A stretch of 64,000 nucleotides of DNA from Octopus sinensis (Eukaryota): the NCBI RefSeq assembly GCF_006345805.1, contig NC_043005.1, positions 30,442,001 to 30,506,000 of the forward strand, read 5' to 3'. Both the position numbers and the translations under genes were made by a program. How positions within the stretch are numbered: position 1 is the stretch's first letter; each line of letters opens with the position of its first letter. Under the pieces are notes generated by a model, which saw nothing but the letters and a program-made list of their open reading frames with translations, was not told the origin of the DNA and searched no databases. Shown here in pieces: positions 1-11,885 of this stretch.

Positions 1-539
1 TTAACAATTTAACAAAATTATTTTTCTGTCAGAAAATAACATTATTTTGAACAATTTAAACGCTGTAATTAACGATGACAACAGCAAAGGAAAGAATAAG
101 TAAGGGAAATTGAATTGGAGATTAAAGAATACAATTTCAACCCTTCGTTCGCTAACGCAACCTCTATTAAACAGGTTGTGGACGTAAATAACCTGGTATA
201 CAAAATGTGAAGCTGACAGAGATATACAACAAAGGGTGGTGCGCCTCTGCATCAGTCTTTTGTCGAACATCGAGGGAGAAAAAGCTCGAAGGTGAGAGAC
301 ACGTTTCTCATATACCGAGAAGAGCAATTTCAAGAAACTTTAACTGGTGTGTCGAACAATATTTCCTCTGTCAGCTGTGGAAAAACGGACGGAACTACTC
401 AAATATTATTGAAAACTGAAAACGAATATTTAAATTTCTTGTATGGAGTCCAGTCATTAATATTAGTCTGTCTCTTTTGTAGTGCATCGGCAAAACTTCC
501 CCCTTCAGGTCTGTATGTTGACCTGTATTAGTCTCGTTT

Positions 540-2006
540 ACTCTTTGTAGGCCGTGATTTCTACAGAGCTCCCAATGGATCATTCTTGCCACATTGTCAT
601 GGTGTCTTTGGTATTCGCGTTGTACCAATTTCGGGCATTCGCTGTCGATGTGCCATACCGTTTCACCCCCTCTCATCACACATTCTGCATTTGTCGCTAT
701 CGGTAGTGTTGTCTATTCTGCATTTGTCGCTATCGGTAGTGTTGTCTATTCTGTATTTGTCGCTATCGGTATTGTTGTCTATTCTGTATTTGTCGCTATC
801 GGTAGTGTTGTCTATTCTGTATTTGTCGCTATCGGTAGTGTTGTCTATTCTGCATTTGTCGCTATCGGTAGTGTTGTCTATTCTGCATTTGTCGCTATCG
901 GTAGTGTTGTCTATTCTGTATTTGTCGCTATCGGTAGTGTTGTCTATTCTGTATTTGTCGCTATCGGTAGTGTTGTCTATTCTGTATTTGTCGCTATCGG
1001 TAGTGTTGTCTATTCTGTATTTGTCGCTATCGGTAGTGTTGTCTATTCTGTATTTGTCGCTATCGGTAGTGTTGTCTATTCTGTATTTGTCGCTATCGGT
1101 AGTGTTGTCTATTCTATATGAATATAGTTGGTCCTTAACGCTTGTTCCTGAGCTGCGCATATGAATGCTTCTGTCTCTATCTTCAGGTCACTCCTCATCC
1201 ATAGCCACCGGTCCATTGTATCTGTCTTGGTGTTCACATCTCTTGCAAACTGACCGTACATTTTTTATCTTTCATGCATCCCCACCCCCCTTTGTTTGTT
1301 AATTTCTTGCTTAAATTTTTCTTTAGTTACACAATTTTCAGGGATGACATCGGCCTTCTTTGTGTGTTTCCACGACATTTTTTATAAACCACACTAAGCT
1401 GTTTTCCTCTGCAACTGATCAAATCTCTCCCACCTTTTCTTCCAGAAAAGTACAGCCTATCGGTGTCACTCTTAGTGTAGAAGACTCCATTTATTGTCAA
1501 CATTTTTCTGGTCTTGGTATTCACTTTCTTCATTTCTCTCTTTTGCCATTTTATAATTCCTGCTCCATACCAAAGGGATGCTATCGCCCAGGTATTAACT
1601 GCTTGGATTTCATTCCATCTAGTCAATTTTGAGCGCAACACCAGCCTCAGTCTTCGGAAATACTCCATCCTCAGTTGCTCTTTCTTTTCCATTTCCATTA
1701 TCTCGTTGAACTCTAGTACACCAAGGTATTTGTATCCTTCCGTTTCAATTTGTTGAATCAAGTCTCTATTTGGTAGTTCTATCCCTGCTGGGGACTGTAC
1801 CTTGCCTCTATTTAGGTAGATTATTCTGCACTTCTTGATTCCAAATTCCACTCTAATATCAGTATTAAAACAGTGGACCGCGTTCACCTAGGAACTCACT
1901 CGTGTCTCATCTTTGTCATACAAATCATTGTTTCAAATCATTCATGAAGAGGAGGTAGTTGATTGTTTGGGATTTTCCTTTCGTTGGTACCTCAGGTTCA
2001 TTTTCC

Positions 2007-2007
<1 letters not shown>
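540..2007 (-). mobile_element. 5'-truncated Dong/R4-type non-LTR retrotransposon fragment (RT C-terminus plus CCHC zinc finger), degenerate
   Basis: Minus-strand peptides INYLLFMNDLK (RT YxDD region), EFGIKKC...YKYLG...YFRRLRLVLRSKL...RLYFSGRKGGRDLISC, and CRMCDERGETVWHIDSECPKLVQREYQRHHDNVARMIHWELC. The 5' break abuts an (AAT)n tract. Confidence 0.85.
683..1114 (-). repeat. 33-bp minisatellite, 13 copies (encodes K(Y/C)RIDNTTDSD on the minus strand)
   Basis: Unit ATTCTG(T/C)ATTTGTCGCTATCGGTAGTGTTGTCT repeated head-to-tail with no spacers; ORF 663..1160. Confidence 0.97.
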
Positions 2008-2040
<33 letters not shown>

Positions 2041-4697
2041 TGGTTTGACTCAGGTTCGGTCTTATTCCTGGTAGGATTTATGCGGGTAGCGGGTTACTAC
2101 CTGCCAAAATTTTGTTTCCAAAAGTTTTTTATTGCTTATTTTGTTACTAAACATTTTTTAAAAGCATCACCTTTGTATAGGTGGGGCGCTTTGTGTTGTT
2201 AGTGCCCCCCCCCCCATCGACCCATGCCCTGATTTCACAGACTCAGATACATTGGCAACACAGTGAAGATGAGGGGAACTACAAAAACCAAAAATAAAAG
2301 AAGAAAAAACGAAAAAGAATCACCAAAGTGCATCAAGTCCCACATCAGCACACAAAAAAAACATAGAAAATACACCAACAACTGCCACAGACACACCTAC
2401 AATATCACCAACCTCTCCAGCACCACAATCACAAACTTCGCCACCAACACAGTCCCAACTGCAACAACCGACCAAAAGAAAACACTCCCAGCAGCATCAA
2501 GTTACCACACAAACACTAAACTTCGTGCTAGTGAGGAGGTCAAATAAACAATTGATGGACCTCCTATCACGAAGCAAGGATGTCGTGGAAAAAGGGTGTG
2601 ATCTTTGGCACCAGCATATTTTAAGTGCCAGAAGCATTGGTGTTGGTGCGGATGCAAGACGTGAGAACCCCTAATGTGAAGGCCACGAAAGGTAAGTAGA
2701 CGTCGCTTTGTGTCTTCTTTAAATTCTGTCCGGTCATCATGGAGTGTTTAAGAGTAGGTAGTATAAATGTTCGTGGCTTGGGGTCGCCCTTGAAGCAGGG
2801 TCGCCCTTGAAGCAGGGTCGCCCTTGAAGCAGGGTCGCCCTTGAAGCAGGGTCGCCCTTGAAGCAGGGTCGCCCTTGAAGCAGGGTCGCCTACTCAACGA
2901 CCTCAGGTCACTATCTATGGATGTGACAGCCGTCAGCGAAACCAGAATTTCCGACTCACACGATTTAACCCCCATTTTTTACTATTTCGAGATCTATGCA
3001 TCTCTTAGTCTGCCTTGAATAGGAGACGGGGTAACAGTGCCGTTTAGGAAAAACCTGGATCTCGAGATACGGACGATCTTCCTGGACCTTCCTAGACCCG
3101 GAATGTAAGTTAGTAGTCCTAGATGTGAATAGCAGTGAAGGTGGTGCTTTCAGACTAGTCACTATATACGCCCGAACTAGGGCGGAGCAGCCATATTTCT
3201 TCAGACGTTTGGAGGTTTTCCTTGGGACATCTCACTCTTTAGTTCTAGTGGGCGATTGGAACACCATTTTGGATGCACGCCTGGATAGGGTGGGACTAGC
3301 CGATAGGAGAGGGGGTGGTGCAAAAGCTTCATAAACCTGCTCAGTCGTTTCCAGTTGGCTGACAAGTACCGACTGGACTTCCCTAATGCGCCAATGTGGA
3401 CATTGGCAAACAACACAAGGTCTTCCAGATCGTATTTCGGTAGGATATTCTGTAGGCCAGTAGGTAGAAATAGCATAGGTTGTCCACAGTTCAAAGTAGT
3501 CGGCTACACAGATCACAAATTTGTGCTCTGCACAGTCGACCTAGACAGGATCCATAGGCAAGGTCTCGGGTACTGGAAGCTGAACGCATCTTTCTCAACG
3601 CGTCAGGCATTCAGAAACTAGGTTAGCATTTTCTAAACAGTGAACAAGTGTGATCGCTGTTTGTCAAGCAGGATTTTCTGCAGCTCGTCTCATTGACAAA
3701 GCTACAGTCCTGGATTAAGCGTAGATCAAGAAAGAGCGCTTGGAACCTGGAGTGTCGGCAAGCGTTCACTACTCTCTGCTAGTCGGGAAACACAGTCAGT
3801 GGAAGTTCCACAACGGAGTTCTATATGGGACTAGTGATGGGAAGAGCGACGACGTCCTCGGGGAAACTCTGGGCATCGGGAGGGATCAAGTAACTGGTCT
3901 TTTTCCGGAGGACTTTCGGGCCGGGGCCTATGGATAACTTCCGGAAATCTCTGGCGTGGCAATGCTACGGGAGAGTTCTGCCGGTTCGAGACAAGCTCTA
4001 CAGACACGGAAGTGCTGTCAGACGGACATGTCTGAGGTGTGCGCAGGACGACGAAACCGTCATGCACGCACTCGTCCAGTGTCCGTGCATTACTGATTTG
4101 TGTAGTTTTGTCGAACAGCTGTTATCACGTGTAGGACGGATCCAGTTATCAGCCGAGTCCATCGTGAAGATCGCCCTACCGCCTTCCTTTGACTGGGAAA
4201 GAAAAGCAGTTTTCTTCTGTCTGGTGGCTATGGCGAAGGAGGTAGTGTAGTGAACGAGATTGAAAGGACTGAAGACTGATACTTTCTTCTTCGGTCGAGC
4301 CCTCATCGACTTTTTCCATTTGAAAAGGAAAGTGAGAGTAGAGAGGTAAAACCTGCTCCTCAGTAAATTTGTTGAAAGGTGAGTGCATGTGGCGAGGATG
4401 GCCCGTGTGCTTGGGCCTACTCTGAACTTCCTTTGTAAACCGGAGGAATTGAGAAGGAGAGAGAGAGAGAGAGAGAGAGCTGCCTACTGAGATGCATCTG
4501 GCGGTCAGGATAACTAGAATGTATGGGGTTCCTCGGTTGTTCGTGTGAGGAACTCCCTCCTCACTTTTGGGGAATCTTATTGTTTAACTGTATTGTTAAT
4601 TGTTATTTTATTCGATTTTGTGTTAGATCCCACGTGTCCCCAGTTTCGTATTGTCCCTATTTGTTTTGTGTTCGGCCCTTGTGGCCAATGAATAAAC
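2041..4697 (+). mobile_element. Tx1/L1-clade LINE remnant (APE endonuclease and zf-RVT region; RT core largely deleted)
   Basis: VGSINVRGL...TAVSETR, LVLVGDWNTILD, GLGYWKLNAS, VLPVRDKL...CLRCAQDDETVMHALVQC. The 3' UTR ends in AATAAA (4691-4696) and (ATT)n. Confidence 0.8.
2781..2890 (+). repeat. 17-bp tandem repeat GGGTCGCCCTTGAAGCA, 6.5 copies
   Basis: Perfect tandem copies seen directly, just after the NVRGL codons of the APE domain. Confidence 0.97.
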
Positions 4698-4875
4698 TAT
4701 TATTATTATTATTATTATCATTGTTAATTTTTTTACCTTATCTCCTCCTCTCCTTTACTTCTCATATTTTTATGTAAGCCCCCAAGCCAGTTGTAAACTG
4801 TTCTTGTAATATCACCCTCATCTGAAGCCCCTGTGGCAAATAAAAGAAATCAACAGCATCATCACCAGACATATC

Positions 4876-4926
<51 letters not shown>

Positions 4927-5479
4927 TTATTATTATTATTATTTTATTATTTGATGTGTTGTTGTTGTTCTCCTTCTTCTCAGCTATTTCTCATTTCCTT
5001 ACGAACAGATTGTTGTTTACTTAAATGTGGATCGTTATGATAAACACGGTTTCCTCCTAAACCCCAGATAAACAGGCAGCCACCCCTAATACTGTTCCCT
5101 AAAGTATACAGTGTCACCCATCTTTCAGTCAGTTTCGTATTTAGTGTTTGTTATCCCAGCCGTTTCCTCTACCCCGAGGACGATAAGGTTGTTTAGAAAA
5201 CCTACAGAAGCTGATTTGATGAAAGCTTTGGTTGTTGCTTTTAATCTTTTCCATTTCATTGATAGAATGGGACCAAGAGACAAAGAATGGCGGCCGAGCA
5301 ATTTTTTGACTTTGTAGGCTGACGACTCAACGCAAAACAACCCCCACCAAAACACGAACGAAACCAAACAAGATTTTACTGACAAGTAAATACACGAAAG
5401 AGAAGAAAAATGAAATACGTGTTGAAGAAATAATTCATTTCGTAAATGAAACTTTTTTTCCTCCAAACTGAGAAAAGAA

Positions 5480-5650
5480 ATGCAAGAAATAATTTGCCAA
5501 TATTTATGAAGATGTCGTGCAATTTCTTGAAAAGTGTCCATCATGCTTGTAGATTTCAGGCGGGGCAGCATTCGTGCCTGGTGCTTTACCAGAAGACACT
5601 TATTTAACGGAGTTCACCACATCCAGGAAGGTTGGCTTCAGAGACAGTTC
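5480..5650 (-). mobile_element. RTE-type LINE RT N-terminal fragment
   Basis: Minus-strand KPTFLDVVNSVK*VSSGKAPGTNAAPPEIYKHDG resembles the RTE 'SGKAPG.D.IPAEIYK.GG' motif. Confidence 0.6.
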
Positions 5651-5659
5651 CGGTATTTT

Positions 5660-5930
5660 ACACACACACATTCTTTTATTCGTTTTCTTTTATTGGTTCA
5701 GCCAGAAGCTGGGGCACCGCTTTTCGGTGTTTTTGGATTTCCTTTCGATCTGCTTTTGGTGAAGAAGCGAGATGGACGAAGCTACTCTTCTTCGTGTCTC
5801 CTGCCATGATGTGGGTTCATCCAGGATTTGTCCAAGTGCTTTTTGAACGATTCCTCATCCACACCTTGCAGATCTCTTGGGTTCTTTGGTTAGATGTTAA
5901 ACAGTTGTGATTCTTTGATTTATTGGCGAT
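5660..5930 (-). mobile_element. CR1-type LINE 3' end
   Basis: Minus-strand DLQGVDEESFKKHLD...NP (CR1 C-terminal 'FK..LD....PDEP'), followed by a GCGGTGCCCCAGC tail motif and AATAAA. Confidence 0.55.
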
Positions 5931-5939
5931 ATATTGCTG

Positions 5940-6265
5940 AAACCTCCTTCGGTCATGACTGACCATGGGATTGCACCTACAAAGTTACCCTCTCAGGCAC
6001 AAGTCCGGGCAAGGGTGTTTATGGAAGACCAGCAGTCGCCCATGCATACCAGTCACCCCTCTCCACGCCACCAGTGTTATCCAAGGGAAAAGCAAAGGCC
6101 GATACAGCTTAGCATCAGTGACGTCGCAACTCATTTCTACAGCTGAGTGAACTGGAGCCACGTGAAATAAAATGTATTGCTCAAGAACACAACACGCAGC
6201 CAGGTCCGGGATTCGAACTCACAACCTCACGATCGTAAGACGCTCTAACCACTGAGCCATGCGCC

Positions 6266-6268
<3 letters not shown>
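5940..6268 (-). mobile_element. tRNA-derived SINE
   Basis: Minus-strand head GAAGGCGCATGGCTCAGTGGTTAGAGC (A box)...GTTCGAATCC (B box), followed by a non-tRNA body. Confidence 0.8.
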
Positions 6269-6317
<49 letters not shown>

Positions 6318-6318
<1 letters not shown>

Positions 6319-7530
6319 TAGCAGAGTTACCCGGCGTTGCTCGGGATTAAAATGGTATAGTTTGTTTATATATATTACAGTTATGTTGAAACAGGTGATG
6401 TGGGAAAGTGCAGCATTGACGACAAAACATTTGTAGAGTAAATGATGGTTTAATTCGACTCATATAATACATCCATTTGGAGGATTCCATGCCCTAACCT
6501 AGCGTGGAAAATTGTGGTGGATATACTCGCCTTCGAGGCGTTCAGCGCTGCGTCTAACAAGACCCATCGTATGGTTAACAGTCAAATGAATGGAGGTGTA
6601 ATGGAGATATTGTTCGTAAATGGGTACATTCTGGAAATGGGCTGCAATGGGAGATGGTGACGGGGAAGTGAACTGTCGGAAGAGGTTGAGGAGGAGCTGG
6701 TAGTGCTGACAATCTTACCTTACCGTCTGAGCAGCACATGCCATTAGTTTCGTTTGGAAATTTGAAAGCTTTGCAGAAATGACAATTTGAGTGTAGCACA
6801 CCAATTTGTACAGAATTATCGTCTTTATAAGGCTGGGATGGATCATATCTGAAAGCAGCTCCTGGTGTTGTGAAGAACGAATTTGCCTGTGGTCTATTTC
6901 TGAGAGCTATTATATTGGACATCTATTTAATCTGGCGTGCTAAACGTTGTTCTAATGACTCGGCATTAAGTATTGCAGCATGCTTTAGCTGATCTTGGGA
7001 AAGTCTCATCTCCTTTCTCTCTTGAGACTCCATTTGACGTGCTGCATCATGCCTCTGATGATCCTGAGAAAGTCTCATCTCTGTTCCTTGTTGAGACACT
7101 CGCTTTCGGTTTTCTCCAATCGTCCTCGCTTTATAGGGTTTCTAAGAGATTACGTCTTTTTTTTGGTGGCATATTTTTCAATATTGTAAGCAAAAAATAA
7201 TGAACATAGAAAAAATATACATTAATCTCTATTTTTGTAAGCAGTCGTATGTATATAGTATGTCCGTGTTTTTGTATGCAGTGTAAATTAACGAAATATA
7301 AGCAAATGAACGAAATAGCACATGTATGGAACTGCTAATTTAACGGTAAATACCACAATAATTATTACAGAGAGACATAGAATTTTATATTTTACCTTGC
7401 AGCTTCACAACTGCTGCGATAATTATTTACTCGTAATGGAATGGTAAACGTGTATTGTTTTAAATGGAAATCAAAATAAAATTTCGTATTGACACTTCAC
7501 GAATGTCAGTCGCCAGGTATGTATGTACAG

Positions 7531-7571
<41 letters not shown>

Positions 7572-7751
7572 TCATAACGTACCGTATATAGTATGTTTGT
7601 ATTTTTGTATGCAATGTAAATAGACCCCCAGAAATTACATGTCGACACTCCTGGGGTGTCTCATAGTATTACCATGTAAAATGGGATTTGATTTGATTGA
7701 GCCGTTTGAGAATGCATTGGGAACAGACATACAAAGGTTTATGTTATATAT

Positions 7752-7764
<13 letters not shown>
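6318..7764 (-). mobile_element. Internally deleted Helitron retaining part of the RepHel N-terminus
   Basis: Minus-strand 3' end CCCGAGCAACGCCGGG hairpin + CTAG|T at 6318. ORF 6575..6922 AAFRYDP...IGVLHSNCHFCKAFKFPNETNGMCCSDGKV is a typical RepHel N-terminal Cys motif. Putative A|TC 5' end near 7764. Confidence 0.8.
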
Positions 7765-7782
<18 letters not shown>

Positions 7783-7871
7783 AGATAGATAGATAGATAG
7801 TAGATAGATAGATAGTAGATAGATAGGTAGGTAGGTAGGTAGGTAGGTAGGTAGGTAGGTAGGTAGGTAGT

Positions 7872-7940
<69 letters not shown>

Positions 7941-7956
7941 GGATAGATAGACAGAC

Positions 7957-7999
<43 letters not shown>

Positions 8000-8008
8000 C
8001 AGATAGAC

Positions 8009-8060
<52 letters not shown>
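7745..8060. repeat. Compound (TA)n/(GATA)n/(GGTA)n microsatellite
   Basis: Seen directly. Confidence 0.95.
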
Positions 8061-8399
8061 CGTTAGTAAATCGTTAGTAAATAGATAATCGTTAGTAAAT
8101 CATAAATCTAAAAGAGAAGAACACTCTAAGTTTTAGAGTAGTAGAGAGTAGTAGAGTATTTAGATAAAGAGAGTTATGGCCGGTCTGTGGGATTATCTCG
8201 GGTTTCGCGTTCATAAAGCGTTTGGTTTAACATCGTCTCGTCAGACTCCATCGAGAACATTTGCACACATCTTCGTTAAAATACATTTGTCTTTCGCTAG
8301 GTTAGAATTGTTTTGTTAACGTATTTCAAGTACTTCTCGATCTCTGTATATAAGTGTTTCCACCCACTCTCTCACCACCTCCGTCTTCCTTAATCCCAT

Positions 8400-8930
8400 G
8401 GACTCCCACCCCTACCTCAACTTTTCCTCCCTCCATCCATTCCTACTTCCAGTTCCTGTGAATCCGACGCCTGTGCAGCCGGGACCAGGATTTCGAGACC
8501 TAGTTCCAATACCTGGCCCTCTGATTCATGCGTCGCGGATAACCTACCACTCTTGTCCAAACTGCCTTTACTCGCGTTTGTCTAATCGATCGCACTACCG
8601 CCCTCTCCTTTCCCACGCCGTTCTCCCAACTGCATCTCCTTCCCCTCCTTTTCCACCCCTCCACCCTACCTCTTCGTCGGGAGATCCTGCGTGTCTTCCG
8701 TCGCATCCAGCTAGATCCCACCACCCTCCCCAAACACCCCCATCGCCCGTCATTTTCGCTAGGCCGGCCACTCCACCTCACACCTCACCATCTTCGGCCT
8801 TGCCCTACACCATGGATCCCCCAACTCTAGACTCCGCCTGGAACAGCGATACATTTTCACTCTACGGACTCAAACACCTTTCAGACTCAACACAACACCC
8901 TTCTTTCAGTGACTTTCTCCACACACCTTT
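8400..8930 (+). mobile_element. Penelope-like element, GIY-YIG endonuclease C-terminal remnant
   Basis: One frame reads PIARHFR*AGHSTSHLTIFGLALHHGSPNSRLRLEQRYIFTLRTQTPFRLN, matching the PLE 'VARHF..GHS....E...IF.L.T..P.GLN' motif. Confidence 0.7.
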
Positions 8931-9119
8931 TTAAAAAAGAATATTTTATTCTATTTTATTTGTTTATTTTATTTATTTCTGTTACTGATCTATTTATATA
9001 CTTTTTTATTTCTAATTTTTAATTTTTATTATTCATTTTGTATTATTTTTTTATTTTTTATATTCCTTTGTTTTCTCATGTTTAAATTTTCAACTTGTGT
9101 TTTTAATTAATTTCATTTA

Positions 9120-10000
9120 CATGCACACACATTCACACATACACACACCTTCATAAGGACCCACACACACTCATACGTACACACCCACACACAACTCCAT
9201 ACACACTCATACACACACACCCACAATACCTCCATACATACTCAAACACTTACCCATGCACAGCCACACCCACCCCACACAGAGGCACATATACACACAC
9301 ACCCACATAGAGGCCTCCCACCCCTTACACCCTACCCCCGCGCGCACACGCACACGAACACATGTACACACACCACATACTCGCGTGCAAACACACACAC
9401 ACGCACTCCCACATACACATACACACGCATGCCTGCACACACCCTTAGCTACACCAACGCACCCACACACACTCCACCTCATCCCACTCTCCCTATCACG
9501 CACGCATATACACGCGCACAGATGCACATGAACGCACATACACCTCAACACACACATATACGTGCACGTAATACACTCCCACACACATTCACATGCACAT
9601 AGACAAACACACGTACACACATATATGTATATGTATAGAGAGAAACAGAATGACACCCACACGCATTCATAGACAAGTGCACACACACACACACATATTC
9701 CCACTCCGTCTACGCACACACACACGCACACACAAACAACCACATCTACTCATTTACACACCTTTCACTATAGCTGGTGACTTATGATTGACCTCTCAAA
9801 TGTACATATACACACACAGAGGTCCTACCACACACACACACATACAGACGACGCACACAAACACAAACACACACAGTTACTACCACACACACACGCTACT
9901 ACACACAGTTTACTACCACACGCACATACGCTACCACACACACACGCATAAACACACGTAGTAACTGTCGCACAGACATGTTCTACCATACATACGCACA
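9120..10000. repeat. Degenerate (CA)n-rich low-complexity tract
   Basis: About 900 bp of interrupted CA repeats; explains the His/Thr and Val/Cys pseudo-ORFs. Confidence 0.9.
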
Positions 10001-10019
10001 CTACAACACTCGCGCGTGC

Positions 10020-10320
10020 ATACCCACCATCTTCACAGTCTCCTGTCCCAGAAACCATTTTCTCTTTCTCCTTCCACTTCAGGTCACTTCAGAAATGTAA
10101 CCCCATGTGGACTGTTGGCGATTTTTTCTTATTTTTCCTGCTTTCTCTTTTGACTAGTCTGTTTCCGATGAAGAGCTATGCTCGAAACGTTAGCAACTCT
10201 CTCCCTTCACCGAGCGTCAAATTAATATATTTCTTGTGCCCGTACTCACGTTTGTTTATTCTTTTAATTGCTTGTTTATTTGAACTGACTATATATATAT
10301 ATATTACGGAGATGTACTTG
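10020..10320 (+). mobile_element. Penelope-associated terminal repeat containing a hammerhead-like core; reverse copy at about 44260-44540
   Basis: CCGATGAAGAGCTATGCTCGAAACGTT at 10165-10191. A near-identical reverse-complement block lies at 44260-44540. Confidence 0.65.
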
Positions 10321-10362
10321 CATAGCGAGTGACTTGATCTGAGATCGTGTGCTGGAACGAAA

Positions 10363-10623
10363 ACAATTGCAGCGTGAAAGGTGTTTATAAGCCATTTAAG
10401 AAACACACAAAAACCGTTAGATTCACTTCAACATTTAAATTTAATTTGTCAAAATAGTTTCGTCGCTTTGAGACCGCGACGCTGACAAAACTTCAGATGC
10501 AGCACCAAGTTTTGTCAAAGCGACGAAAATATTTTGACAAATTAGATTTAAATGTTGAAGTGAATCTAACGGGTTTTGTGTGTTTCTTAAATGGCTTATA
10601 AACACCTGCCACGCTGCAATTGT
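10363..10623. repeat. Fold-back element with 108-bp inverted arms
   Basis: 10363-10470 is the near-perfect reverse complement of 10516-10623. Confidence 0.9.
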
Positions 10624-10626
10624 ATA

Positions 10627-10665
<39 letters not shown>

Positions 10666-11458
10666 TATACATACATACTTGTATATATATATATATAGAT
10701 AGATAGATATAGACAGATATATATACCTATATATACGTATAATATGCATACATACACACACACATATACATGTACACACCTATATATATATGTATCTCTC
10801 TTTACGTACATACATGCATATATACACACATATACATACACACATGCATACACATACATACACATACATACACACATACGTACGTACACACATATATACA
10901 CACAAACACATACATACGTACATACATACATACATACATACATACATACATAAATACATAAATACATACATACATACATACATACATACATACATGTACA
11001 CATGCATACATAGCTTGCATGTATCACTTGATAGCCAAAGGCATATAAATGTCGACTTTCAATATCAAATTTACTGTCGTCGCAGCGTTTATCAAGTCTA
11101 TTTTTCGGTTGGTTGTTTATCACCGACACAACTCTCTCCTTGTAATCAGATCTACAGTATTGTTAGCCAGCTGCTGCACTCATGTGTATGAATGGCCTCT
11201 TGTGATATTGTCTTTATTAAGCTTTACGTTGTTTTCCTTCCCGTTCTTATCTTACTAACATCATATCCACCCTCATTTCCCCAACTCTGACGATATTTTT
11301 TCTGACTCTAAAGGGAAATTCTAGAATGTGTGATTTAGTTTTTGGCTATGTTTGTGTGTACCACTATATGAGATTATCAGAGACTGAGAGGTCAAGCATT
11401 TACACCAAGAGATAATGACACACAAGACTGTTTCCTACATCTATCCATCCATAAATAC

Positions 11459-11521
<63 letters not shown>

Positions 11522-11719
11522 ATCCAAACAAGAAAACACAGAAAAAAACACAGCAATGCGAGGACGTGGAACAATTAAAGTATTATTTGACGCTCAGGAA
11601 AGAAGGGAAGGAGGGTTTAACGTTTCGAGCGGAGCTCTTCATCGGAAACAAAGGAGAAGGAAAGATCCCGAGAAGGGAAGACAGAGGAAAAAAATATATT
11701 TGCTGGTGGTGCTCAAGAG

Positions 11720-11766
<47 letters not shown>

Positions 11767-11885
11767 AACTTATATATTTATATACATAAAACACGCATAC
11801 ACAAACATTCAGCATGCCCCCACAATGCATGTACACTTTAATAATTCGCTTAATTTTCATTTCTTTTTAGATTTAACTTCACATA

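Noticed and set aside
683-1114. Regular 33-bp repeats as a CRISPR array or a novel repeat protein gene
   Set aside because: There are no unique spacers and no cas genes. The units are head-to-tail and continuous with LINE coding sequence on both sides.
6180-6268. tRNA gene
   Set aside because: A and B boxes are present, but no complete cloverleaf or terminator is evident and the sequence continues into a repeated SINE body. The other SINE heads were treated the same way.
9207-11191. Many long ORFs rich in V/C/Y/M or H/T/I
   Set aside because: They are translations of (CA)n, (TA)n and (TACA)n microsatellites. The same applies to similar ORFs at about 17000, 21800, 23000, 28250, 30500, 35250, 53600 and 58650.
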